Source: Thermoproteota archaeon (GTDB taxonomy: Archaea; Thermoproteota; Thermoprotei_A; EX4484-217-1). From it: DNA of 64,000 bases. Shown in pieces: positions 37,460 to 46,944 of the stretch. Below the pieces are notes generated by a model, which saw nothing but the letters and a program-made list of their open reading frames with translations, was not told the DNA's origin and searched no databases. How positions within the stretch are numbered: position 1 is the stretch's first letter; every line of letters starts with the position of its first letter. The position numbers and the translations under genes are program-made. The stretch covers positions 53,149 through 117,148 of the forward strand of contig JAPDJU010000012.1 of the NCBI GenBank assembly GCA_029258915.1, in the 5' to 3' direction.

Positions 37460-38410
37460 ATGAGCGAGAATAAGGGTTTAGTTACAATAGCTTTAGGAGG
37501 CAATGCCTTCCTTCAAAAGGGTCAAAAAGGAACAGTTGAGGAACAGTGGGATAATGTTGTTAAAGCTATGAAGCAAGTAGCCGACATTATAGAAAGAGGT
37601 TATAGAGTGATTTTAACTCACGGTAATGGACCTCAAGTAGGTAATATTTTGGAGTGGATGGATGCTTTAAGGGAGAAAATACCGCCATTAACAATGGATT
37701 TTGCTAATGCAATGACTCAGGGATGGATAGGTTACATGATTCAGCAAGCACTAACAAATGAGCTTAGAAGAAGAGGTATAAATAGACATGTAGTTACCGT
37801 AGTAAACCGTGTTCTCGTAAGGAAGGATGACCCAGCATTCCAAAATCCAACAAAATATGTTGGTCCATATTACGATGAGGAAACTGCTAAGAGAATTGCT
37901 AGGGAGAAAGGGTGGGCTATGAAACCTGACCCTAGAGGTGGATGGAGAAGAGTTGTTCCATCACCCGACCCTGTAGGTAATGTAGAAATAGAAGCAATAA
38001 GAACTCTACTTATAAACGGATTCATAGTCGTAGCTTCAGGTGGTGGTGGAATACCAGTAATTGAAGAAAATAGAGAAATTAAGGGTGTTGAAGCAGTTAT
38101 TGATAAAGACCTTGCAGGTGAAAGGCTGGCTTCTCTTGTTAGAGCAGATTATTTCGTAATAGTAACAGATGTTGAAGGAGTCTACTTGCACTTTAGAACT
38201 CCGCAGCAAAAGCTTTTAAGAAAATTAACTATTAGTGAAGCAGAAAAACTATACAGAGAAGGCCACTTCCCCCCTGGAAGCATGGGTCCTAAAGTATTAG
38301 CAGCAATAAGGTTCATAAAGAATGGAGGGGAAAAAGCAGCAATAGGCCACCTATATAAGGCACTAGATATTTTAGAAGGAAGAGCAGGAACAACCATAGT
38401 ACCTGATTAG
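37460..38410 (+). CDS. arcC: Carbamate kinase
   Basis: [34 protein letters not shown] and GSMGPK. Confidence 0.96.
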   Translation: MSENKGLVTIALGGNAFLQKGQKGTVEEQWDNVVKAMKQVADIIERGYRVILTHGNGPQVGNILEWMDALREKIPPLTMDFANAMTQGWIGYMIQQALTNELRRRGINRHVVTVVNRVLVRKDDPAFQNPTKYVGPYYDEETAKRIAREKGWAMKPDPRGGWRRVVPSPDPVGNVEIEAIRTLLINGFIVVASGGGGIPVIEENREIKGVEAVIDKDLAGERLASLVRADYFVIVTDVEGVYLHFRTPQQKLLRKLTISEAEKLYREGHFPPGSMGPKVLAAIRFIKNGGEKAAIGHLYKALDILEGRAGTTIVPD

Positions 38411-38588
38411 CTATTCCTTTTTAACTATTTTAAAATAAAAACGTTTAAACAATTTTTAACTTTAAATACCCGATTACAAAAACCACTAGAAAAACAAAAT
38501 ATGCATTTTTATGGGATTGTTGGAAAGATTTTTATAGACGCATATGAGACTTTTCTATAGTCCCACTGTGTTTTGACCTGTACTTTGG

Positions 38589-40172
38589 GTGTTTTTGTTG
38601 AGCGAAGAGAAGCCATCGGCAGTGTTGATGAAAGAAATTACTAAGAGGTTCCCTGGCGTAGTTGCCTTAGACAATGTAACATTCGAGGTAAGGCGAGGTG
38701 AAATACATGGTCTTCTTGGAGAAAACGGTGCTGGAAAAACAACATTAATGAACATACTTTACGGCGTATATAGGGCTGACGAGGGAGAAATACTTATTAA
38801 CGGTAAGAGAGTCTCTATAAAATCTCCTAAAGACGCTATAAAGCTTGGAATAGGTATGGTTCCCCAACATTTCAAACTTGTTATGGCACATTCTGTTGTT
38901 GAGAATGTTATTTTAGGGTTGAAGGAGTTCGGATTAGTACTTAATCTTAAGGAAGCTTCTAGGAAAATTAGGGAATTAGCTGAACGATACGGTTTTAGAA
39001 TAGACCCTAAAGCTAAAATATGGCAACTATCTATGGGTGAAAGACAGTATGTGGAGCTTCTCAAAGCATTAATAAGAAACGCGAACATACTTATTCTCGA
39101 CGAACCTACAACAGTTCTTACACCTCAAGAAACAAGAGAGCTATTTAAAACTCTCAAGAAAATGAAAGAAGAAGGGAGATCAATAATATTTATAACACAT
39201 AAACTTGAGGAAGCATTAACAGTTTGCGATAGAATAACGGTCCTTAGAAGAGGACATGTAATAGGAACGGTTACCCCCCAGGAAGTTACGGAAGCAGACT
39301 TAGCAAAAATGATGGTTGGTAGGGAAGTTCTTTTCAGAATTAAGAGAGAACATAGAAAAGTTATTATTGAAACTCCAATACTTAAAGTTGAAAACTTAAA
39401 TGTTTTAAGCGATAAAGGTGTTTTAGCCGTAAAGAACGTTTCTTTCGAAGTTTATCCGGGTGAAATTTTCGGTATTGCAGGTATTGCTGGAAGCGGTCAA
39501 GAAGAGCTTGCAGAAGCTATTGCTGGTCTAAGAAAACCTTTAAGAGGTAAAATAATAATCGAGGGACAGGATGTAACCGAAGCCTCACCTAAAAAAATTT
39601 TTGAACTAGGTGTTGCATACATTCCAGAGGATAGAATTGGCGTTGGAATATTACCTAACTTAACAGTTTGGGAGAACATAGTTTTAAGACATCATAGATA
39701 TCCGCCTATGGCCAAGAATGTGTTCTTATTAGATTTCAATGAAATATACGGGTTCGTGAATAGGAGAATTAAAGAACTTAACGTAATAACATCAAGCATT
39801 TTTGCCCCTGCAAAAACACTTTCAGGTGGAAACATACAAAGACTCATCTTAGCTAGAGAGCTAGCTGAAAATCCCCGGAGAAAAACTAAACTTATAATTG
39901 CAGTTTATCCTACAAGAGGTCTTGACGTTGGAGCAACAGAATATGTTAGAAAAGTGCTTTTACGGCAAAGAGATAAAGGTATAGCTGTTCTTTTAATATC
40001 TGAAGACCTTGAAGAAATACTTATGTTAAGCGATAGAATAGCTGTAATCCATAATGGAGAAATTATGGGTATAGTTTCAGCCGAAGAAGCAAACATCGAA
40101 GAAATAGGGTTAATGATGGGTGGAGTGCTAAAGAAAACTTCTCAAAAGGTTAAAGAAAACCCTAAAACCTAA
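38589..40172 (+). CDS. Nucleoside/sugar-type ABC ATPase with two ABC domains
   Basis: KRFPGVVA, GENGAGKT, ILDEPT, LSGGNIQR and PTRGLDVGA. Confidence 0.92.
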   Translation: MFLLSEEKPSAVLMKEITKRFPGVVALDNVTFEVRRGEIHGLLGENGAGKTTLMNILYGVYRADEGEILINGKRVSIKSPKDAIKLGIGMVPQHFKLVMAHSVVENVILGLKEFGLVLNLKEASRKIRELAERYGFRIDPKAKIWQLSMGERQYVELLKALIRNANILILDEPTTVLTPQETRELFKTLKKMKEEGRSIIFITHKLEEALTVCDRITVLRRGHVIGTVTPQEVTEADLAKMMVGREVLFRIKREHRKVIIETPILKVENLNVLSDKGVLAVKNVSFEVYPGEIFGIAGIAGSGQEELAEAIAGLRKPLRGKIIIEGQDVTEASPKKIFELGVAYIPEDRIGVGILPNLTVWENIVLRHHRYPPMAKNVFLLDFNEIYGFVNRRIKELNVITSSIFAPAKTLSGGNIQRLILARELAENPRRKTKLIIAVYPTRGLDVGATEYVRKVLLRQRDKGIAVLLISEDLEEILMLSDRIAVIHNGEIMGIVSAEEANIEEIGLMMGGVLKKTSQKVKENPKT

Positions 40173-40189
40173 TCTCCATGCAGGTGTAA

Positions 40190-41353
40190 ATGATGGCTAT
40201 CAGGATCCCTGGAACAAAATATGCTGTGAAAGTTGAAAAAAGACTCATCGTAAGAAGAGAAATACCAGCAATAGTATCTATAGCATCAGCGATAGCCGGT
40301 ATTCTTTTAGGCGGTCTCATCTTTATAGCAGTAGGTATTTCGCCTATAGATGTTTATTCAAGAATAGGGAGAATAGCAATAAGTCCTACAGCACTTATGG
40401 GAGCTATCGAAATAGCTTTACCTATAATGTTTACATCCATGGCTTTAGTGCTCCCCTTTAGAATGGCGTTTTATAACATTGGTGGTGAAGGTCAGTTTGA
40501 AGTAGGAGCAATAGCTGCAATGATACCTGTAATATTTTATTGGAGCGGTATGGACCTACCGCAGTTTTTATATCTACCTATAATGTTTATGTTAGCATTC
40601 ATAGCTGGCGGTTTCTGGGGCCTTTTACCAGCATTCTTAAGAGCTAAATGGAGGGTAAACGAAATACTAGTGACATTAATGCTTAACACTATTTCACTAC
40701 AGTTAATATGGTGGCTTACAACGCCTGGAGGCCCATGGAATGAAGCAAATCCTGCATTTAAGGAAAGATATTTAGCTTATCTAAAAGAGTTAGGTGTCCA
40801 TTTAATACCAGGCTTTAAAGGAACACCTGTAATCCCTGAGTTTGCTAGGCTGCCTAGAATACCTGGTACATTAGTTAATTCAGGGATATTGGTGGCTATT
40901 ATTATAGCGGCAATACTGTACTTTATATGTACAAAAACGTTGCTAGGATATGAAGTTAGAGTTGTTGGTGATAGTGAGCGAGGAGCTATGTATGCTGGGA
41001 TAAATTATTTGAAATTAGTTTTAATAGTAATGTTCATAAGCGGAGGTCTTGCAGGGCTAGGAGGTTTTATAGGTATTACAGCGTTTCTACCTAAGCTATC
41101 GCCTGAAATAGGTGTTGCAGGTTACGGTTACGCTGGGATAATTGTTGCATGGCTTGCAAGGTTAAACCCAATAGCCTGTCTTCTTGTTTCATTTTTCTTT
41201 GGAATATTGACAAAGTCCGCTGATCTGTTACAGCAGGAACTAAAGATTTCAAGGTTTATTGCTGTAGGTTTTGAAGGACTGATATTCATACTCTTAGTCT
41301 TGGGCGATTTCTTTGTACACTACAAGGTAAGATTAATTAAAGTTAGGAGGTAA
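40190..41353 (+). CDS. Nucleoside-type ABC permease
   Basis: YNIGGEGQ, VNEILVTLMLN and SGGLAGL..GYGYAGI. Confidence 0.9.
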   Translation: MMAIRIPGTKYAVKVEKRLIVRREIPAIVSIASAIAGILLGGLIFIAVGISPIDVYSRIGRIAISPTALMGAIEIALPIMFTSMALVLPFRMAFYNIGGEGQFEVGAIAAMIPVIFYWSGMDLPQFLYLPIMFMLAFIAGGFWGLLPAFLRAKWRVNEILVTLMLNTISLQLIWWLTTPGGPWNEANPAFKERYLAYLKELGVHLIPGFKGTPVIPEFARLPRIPGTLVNSGILVAIIIAAILYFICTKTLLGYEVRVVGDSERGAMYAGINYLKLVLIVMFISGGLAGLGGFIGITAFLPKLSPEIGVAGYGYAGIIVAWLARLNPIACLLVSFFFGILTKSADLLQQELKISRFIAVGFEGLIFILLVLGDFFVHYKVRLIKVRR

Positions 41354-41358
41354 GTGCG

Positions 41359-42318
41359 ATGGTAGAACTAACTATGATAAATCAATTTCTAATAGGTGCA
41401 TTAACTGTCGGTACAATATACCTCATAGCAACGCTTGGTGAAGTCCTTGCAGAACGCTCCGGGATAGTCAACTTAGGGCTTGAAGGGCTTATGGAAGTCG
41501 GTGCCACGGTAGGTATTATAGTGGCTATTTTCACGGAGAATCCATGGCTAGGTTTTCTAACAGCATTCATTACTGCAGCTATTATCTCAGTTATACATGC
41601 TTTTGCATGTATAACACTAAAACTTAATCAGTTTGCAAGCGGGTTAGCATTATATATTTTCGGATTGGGTATCGGTATAACGTTTAGGGGATACGCTAGG
41701 GACGTAATGTTAGGGCCGAAAGAATTAATGAAAATACCTAAAATAAGACTATATCCTGTAAAAATACCGTTGCTAGGCGATTTACCCGTTATAGGTGCAT
41801 TATTTAGCTTAAATGTCATGGCTTATTTTGCAGTTATCTTAAGTATAGTGTTCTGGTTTATACTTTTCAGAACGAGAATAGGCTTAGACATTAGGTCTGT
41901 TGGAGAAAATCCTGCAGCAGCTGATGCGGCTGGAATAAATGTTTTTAGACTAAGATACATAGCGGTGATAATTGGCGGAGGTATGGCTGGTTTATCAGGT
42001 GCATATCTTATGCTAGCACATACGCCGCAGATTATGGGTGCTCCAATAATATTAGGAAGAGGATGGATAGCAATAGCGCTGGTAATATTCTCCTTCTGGA
42101 ATCCTTTAAGAGCACTTTTAGGTGCTTATTTATTTGGAGGTTTAGAAATAGCATATTTCTGGCTTCAAGGGATTGAAATATTTAAAGGAGTAATTCCACT
42201 ACTTAAAGCAGTACCTCACGTGTCAGCAATAATACTATTAACCATTATGTCCATTGAAGCGCTTAGAAGAAGAATAGGTGCCCCAGAAGCCCTCGGGAAA
42301 CCGTATTCTAGAGAATGA
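41359..42318 (+). CDS. Nucleoside-type ABC permease
   Basis: ERSGIVNLGLEG, GENPAAADAAG, GRGWIAIA and APEALGKPY. Confidence 0.9.
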   Translation: MVELTMINQFLIGALTVGTIYLIATLGEVLAERSGIVNLGLEGLMEVGATVGIIVAIFTENPWLGFLTAFITAAIISVIHAFACITLKLNQFASGLALYIFGLGIGITFRGYARDVMLGPKELMKIPKIRLYPVKIPLLGDLPVIGALFSLNVMAYFAVILSIVFWFILFRTRIGLDIRSVGENPAAADAAGINVFRLRYIAVIIGGGMAGLSGAYLMLAHTPQIMGAPIILGRGWIAIALVIFSFWNPLRALLGAYLFGGLEIAYFWLQGIEIFKGVIPLLKAVPHVSAIILLTIMSIEALRRRIGAPEALGKPYSRE

Positions 42319-42469
42319 GAGCACTTTTTATACGGCTAATTAAAAATATAGAATATTCCTTATGCTAACTCTGCTTGAGAATTTTACAACAACCCCTTTT
42401 GTAAAGATTTATAAGCTCATATGCAGAGTTTATGTTAGGGACTTCAAGCTCTAAATAGGTGTTTTATAC

Positions 42470-43828
42470 ATGGGTGAAGTCACTAGAAGAGACTTCCTTA
42501 AGGGGCTTATAGGAGGTCTCGTTGTAGGAGCAGCATTAGGTCTGGGAGGAGGTTATGCAGCAGCACCTAAAGGTGTAGTTACAGAGACAGTAACGAGAAC
42601 AGAAACAGTAACTGAAACAGTAACAGCGTCTCCCTCGCCGAGTCCTCCACCACCCGCTAAGAAAATTAAAGCAGGATTTATTTACGTAGGGCCGATAGGA
42701 GATTATGGATGGACATATGCACATAATTCTGGAAGACTTTACGTTGAAAAACAATTTGGAGGAACTGTGGAAACCGTATATATTGAAAGCGTTCCAGAAG
42801 CCGAAGCCTTACCTAAAATAGAGTCTTTAATTGCTGAAGGATGTAAGGTAATATTTACTACAAGCTTCGGCTTTATGGACCCAACACTTGAAGCTGCAAA
42901 GAAATATCCCGACGTATGGTTCTGGCATTGCTCCGGCTATAAACGATGGGATAATATGGGAACTTACTTCGCAGAACTATATCAACCATACTACTTATGC
43001 GGTTTAGTTGCTGGAGCCATATCACAAACGCTTAAGTTCGGCTATGTTGCAGCTTATCCTATACCTGAAGTTGTAAGACACATTAACAGCTGGGTTCTAG
43101 GAATATGGGAAGGATTATGGCGTAGATATAAACGTGGAGATCTAAGCTTAGATGATTTAAAGAAAGTAGAAGTACATGTTAAATGGTTGTACTCATGGTA
43201 TGATCCGCCAGCTGCAACCGATGCTGCGAGAAGCATGGTTGAAATGTACGATGCTGACGTACTAGCTTTTACAGAAGACTCGCCGGCAACATTACAGGTT
43301 GCTGAAGAATATCAGAAAGCAGGAAAGAAAGTTTGGAGCTATAGCCACTATAGTAACATGAGAGATTATGGTCCAACAGCCCATTTAATAGGACAATTAG
43401 TCGACTGGGGTTTAATGTACGAATACATTTTAGCATACTATCTTGCAGGGGTAGCTAGAAGTATGGACCTATGGTGGCTAATGGGTGATGGAGGAGATAT
43501 TAGAGAGGGATGGAGAAAGGGTAAAGGAGCCGCGTTCATATGGCTTGATGAATGGGGAGACTTGAAAGCAGAGCTTGCAGCTAAAGGAGTACCAGACTGG
43601 GCAATAGATCTACTACTTAAAAGAGAAACATTAATGAAAGAAAGATACTGGGATCCATGGAGTGGAAGCTTCTGGGCACCAATATTCAAGGAATTGACAG
43701 GCAAAGAAGGAATAGTTGACAGAGAAGGGAATGTAAGAATAAAGCCGGGAGAAGTAGCAGACCATGACCTATTATGGAGTATCGACTGGTTTGTATGGGG
43801 TCTAGCAGAACCTGTACCTAAGGGCTAA
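42470..43828 (+). CDS. BMP family (purine/nucleoside) substrate-binding protein with Tat signal and T/S/P linker
   Basis: TRRDFLK twin-arginine signal, VTETVTRTETVTETVTASPSPSPPPP linker, GFIYVGPIGDYGWTYAH, TSFGFM and IPEVVRHIN. Confidence 0.9.
   Translation: MGEVTRRDFLKGLIGGLVVGAALGLGGGYAAAPKGVVTETVTRTETVTETVTASPSPSPPPPAKKIKAGFIYVGPIGDYGWTYAHNSGRLYVEKQFGGTVETVYIESVPEAEALPKIESLIAEGCKVIFTTSFGFMDPTLEAAKKYPDVWFWHCSGYKRWDNMGTYFAELYQPYYLCGLVAGAISQTLKFGYVAAYPIPEVVRHINSWVLGIWEGLWRRYKRGDLSLDDLKKVEVHVKWLYSWYDPPAATDAARSMVEMYDADVLAFTEDSPATLQVAEEYQKAGKKVWSYSHYSNMRDYGPTAHLIGQLVDWGLMYEYILAYYLAGVARSMDLWWLMGDGGDIREGWRKGKGAAFIWLDEWGDLKAELAAKGVPDWAIDLLLKRETLMKERYWDPWSGSFWAPIFKELTGKEGIVDREGNVRIKPGEVADHDLLWSIDWFVWGLAEPVPKG
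42581..42626 (+). repeat. Short degenerate tandem repeat encoding the Thr-rich linker
   Basis: Repeated GA(A/G)ACAGTAAC units encode TETVT repeats. Confidence 0.6.
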
Positions 43829-43940
43829 AAAATAAAAACAATTTTTTCCCTTAATTTAAATTCCTGCTGAAGTTTTAAACTAAAGTTTATATATTTACTC
43901 TAAACATTATGCAATAGGGTATCTGAGAGGTAAAAATATA

Positions 43941-44225
43941 ATGGTTATTACACAGTGGGAATGGTTAGTAATTTTAGTATTCTTAGCGATACTCATCCTA
44001 TGGGGTCCTCAGAAGCTTCCTCAATTAGCTAGAGCCATAGGTCAGGCTAAGAGGGAATTCGAAAAGGCATCTAAAGGAATTGAGGAAGAGTTAAAACCTA
44101 AGGATAAAGAAGCAGTAGTAGATGAAAAGATAGTAGACTTAGCAAAAAGCTTAGGAATATCTACAGAAGGTAAAACTAGAGAGCAAATACTTAAAGAAAT
44201 CATGGAGAAAATGAAGAAAAAATAA
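43941..44225 (+). CDS. tatA: Twin-arginine translocase TatA
   Basis: EW..IL....LWGPQKLPQLARAIGQAKREFEKA. Confidence 0.92.
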   Translation: MVITQWEWLVILVFLAILILWGPQKLPQLARAIGQAKREFEKASKGIEEELKPKDKEAVVDEKIVDLAKSLGISTEGKTREQILKEIMEKMKKK

Positions 44226-44285
44226 AACAATACAGTATAGTAAAGGACTTAAAAAATAATAGAGAACTGTTTAGTCTAATAGTTA

Positions 44286-45197
44286 GTGATAATCATGGCT
44301 TCTGATGAAGAATTCGTTTTAACTAGAATGAGTATGGAGGAGCATCTTAAAGAGTTAAGATATAGGGTAAAGATATCGCTAATATCTGTGGCCGCAATAA
44401 CGTTAGCTTTAATGGTAGTACCTGCTGATCCAAATTTTTTAAGCAACCCATTTATTTTTTATAAGCCCTTAGTTTCAGTCATCCTTGATTACATAAGGGT
44501 TTACACATTACCTGAAGAAGTAGAGCTTGTAGGTATAAGGTTTTTAGCTCCAATAGAGCTATATCTTTTTTCATCTTTGATACTAGGAGTTATACTGAGC
44601 ATGCCAATAATAGCTTATGAAGCATATAAGTTCATAGACCCAGCACTTTATTCTCACGAGAAGAAGCTAATATATCCGTTTACACTTGCATTTACAACAT
44701 TATTTACTGTAGGGGCTCTTTTTGGATTATTCCTGGTTATACCGTTTCTATTAAAAGCATCCTTACTATTTTACGGAATTGTAGGAGCAGCACCATTGGT
44801 TTATGTGACAGATTTCTATAGCTTAGTACTGTACACAACGCTTCTTTCGGGACTTGCCTTTACATTCCCAGCTGTTTTTATTCTTTTAGTGAGATTAGGG
44901 TTTATAGATACATCAATAATAGAGGGTAAAAGATTACCATTCTACTTCGCAATATTCGTACTGACAGCAATAATAACACCAGATGGAGGCCCAATAGCGG
45001 ACTTCATTCTATTCTTACCAATAATCATACTGATGGAAATAGCGGTAAAAATAGCTAAGAAATATGAGAAAGAAAGGCAAATACCGAAAAGAAGCATATT
45101 TACAAAAGTAGTAGAGCCAATAAAATGCCCATACTGCGGACAAACAATACCGGGAAATACAACATTCTGCCCAAAATGCGGAAAATCAATAAGGTAA
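44286..45197 (+). CDS. tatC: Twin-arginine translocase TatC with C-terminal zinc ribbon
   Basis: EHLKELRYR, FIDPALYSHEK and AIITPD, then CPYCG..FCPKCG. Confidence 0.9.
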   Translation: MIIMASDEEFVLTRMSMEEHLKELRYRVKISLISVAAITLALMVVPADPNFLSNPFIFYKPLVSVILDYIRVYTLPEEVELVGIRFLAPIELYLFSSLILGVILSMPIIAYEAYKFIDPALYSHEKKLIYPFTLAFTTLFTVGALFGLFLVIPFLLKASLLFYGIVGAAPLVYVTDFYSLVLYTTLLSGLAFTFPAVFILLVRLGFIDTSIIEGKRLPFYFAIFVLTAIITPDGGPIADFILFLPIIILMEIAVKIAKKYEKERQIPKRSIFTKVVEPIKCPYCGQTIPGNTTFCPKCGKSIR

Positions 45198-45423
45198 TCT
45201 AAAGAAAATTCAACTTTGTTTTATTGTAGAACATGTAAGCTATAATTACTTCATTGGATGCTGTCGAATTTGAGGAGTTAAGGTAGTTGAGATTAGAGAT
45301 TGGAAAAGGAATGAAGTATATTAGGTTAGCTAAAGTACTTAATATTAATATGAAGCTTGTAATGCAGAGTCTGCCAGCAAGGTTAAGTCTTTACCTAGTA
45401 GTGTAGTTGATTGTTTTAAAGCC

Positions 45424-45642
45424 TTGCATAAGCTTATTGATGTTTTAAGTGGCGCACTACTTCATATTAAGAGCGGTAGGGTGGATGATGCAAGAGTAAC
45501 TTTGAGTAAGATCGGGTTGAAACAGTATAGGAGGCTTATTGAGAGTTTAGGTGATGAAAACATTGTTAAGGGGTATGGTAACATTGTTTTTCTTGCTAAA
45601 CAGCGTGAAACCTATTTAAGTGCCTTGGAGAGTCATGTTTAA
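45424..45642 (+). pseudogene. Probable gene remnant (3' fragment of an unidentified gene)
   Basis: Coding-like 72-aa ORF with a TTG start. The preceding 45250-45420 is coding-like but broken by stops. Confidence 0.3.
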
Positions 45643-45744
45643 AACTTAAAAGTATGTTGAAAGAGCTAGTTAATAAACTACTTTAGAATACTTTCTAATT
45701 TTTCTCTGAAATCTACTGAACATTACGGTTAGCTAAAAAAGTTT

Positions 45745-45768
45745 ATAGGTTACAGGGGTGTAACTTAT
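45745..45768. promoter_or_regulatory. Inverted repeat covering the SD and start of the second AAA ATPase
   Basis: ATAGGTTACA-GGGG-TGTAACTTAT (9 of 10 arm positions match). Confidence 0.5.
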
Positions 45769-46858
45769 GCTTTTCGATCCTAGACCTAAGGAGTGTAGAG
45801 CTGAATTATTTAATAGAGAGAAGGAGCTTAAGGTTCTTTCAAGATATATGGTTTCTGGTTCTCCTATTATTTTATGTTTAGGTATAAGGAGGGTGGGGAA
45901 AACATCGGTTTTAAAAGTGTTTCTTAGTGAAAGCAATCGCCCTTACATATACGTTGATGCTAGAAGGTTATCTGAGTTTGGGTATTCTAAGCAGGGTTTT
46001 TACAGGTTACTTTCGGAGGAGTTTACTAGAATCGGAGGCAGATTTGCTTTAATTACCGAGTATTTAAAGAATATAAAAGGAGTTAGCATAGCTGGTTACG
46101 GAGTGGAATTTAATTGGAAAAATAGGGAACTGTCTTTTTCATCTATTCTTACAAAAATGAATGAATATGCTGAAGACGGTAAGACAACATTTATTGTCGC
46201 TATCGATGAAGCTCAGGATCTTAGGTTCCTAAGAGGATATAGGAGGATAGATTTAGCACAAATTTTAGCATATAGTTATGATAATTTGAAGAGGGTAAAG
46301 TTTATTTTAGCAGGTTCTGAAGTAGGTCTACTATATAAATTTCTCGGATTTAATAGTCCTGCAAGCCCACTTTATGGTAGAGTAAGAGATGAAGTTGTAA
46401 TTGAAAGATTTAACAGAGAAAAATCAGTTAAGTTTTTAGAGGCAGGGTTTAAGGAAGCTAATGTAAAAGTGTCGAAGAACATAATTGAAAATGTTGTTGA
46501 AGTTCTTGACGGTATCCCTGGCTGGTTAACGTATTTCGGGTATAAGTTTATACAGTCAAGACGGTTAAATATGCTTGATCAGATAATTAGAGAAGCAGAG
46601 AATATAGCCTTAAATGAACTTAGGAAACTCAGAACATTCTCTCCTCTCTACATTCATATATTAAGAGCAGTATCATTAGGCTTTAACCGTTGGAGCACTA
46701 TTAGAAAAACCGTTGAAGCATGGACGGGAAGACATGTTCCATCAAAAACCTTGTACAGTCTTCTAAACAACCTAGTAGACATGAGCATATTAGCTAAGGT
46801 AAATGGCAAATACGTATTCCTCGATCCAATATATAGGAGAGCATCTAAAACCCTTTAA
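45767..46858 (+). CDS. Archaeal AAA ATPase (ATPase_2 family) with C-terminal winged helix
   Basis: MLFDPRPK, GIRRVGKTS, IDEAQ, GSEVG, SPLYGR, GWLTYFG and DPIY. Confidence 0.9.
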   Translation: MLFDPRPKECRAELFNREKELKVLSRYMVSGSPIILCLGIRRVGKTSVLKVFLSESNRPYIYVDARRLSEFGYSKQGFYRLLSEEFTRIGGRFALITEYLKNIKGVSIAGYGVEFNWKNRELSFSSILTKMNEYAEDGKTTFIVAIDEAQDLRFLRGYRRIDLAQILAYSYDNLKRVKFILAGSEVGLLYKFLGFNSPASPLYGRVRDEVVIERFNREKSVKFLEAGFKEANVKVSKNIIENVVEVLDGIPGWLTYFGYKFIQSRRLNMLDQIIREAENIALNELRKLRTFSPLYIHILRAVSLGFNRWSTIRKTVEAWTGRHVPSKTLYSLLNNLVDMSILAKVNGKYVFLDPIYRRASKTL

Positions 46859-46944
46859 CAAAAATAGGGAACACGGAAGCCAGGTGTAAAAAGTATGAGT
46901 AATACTTTACGCTTACTTAGCTCCATGATGTTTCACTCAAACAC

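Noticed and set aside
33548-38410. Arginine or agmatine deiminase pathway
   Set aside because: No deiminase is present, and the transcarbamylases lack the HCLP and SMG ornithine-binding motifs while showing YgeW-like segments.
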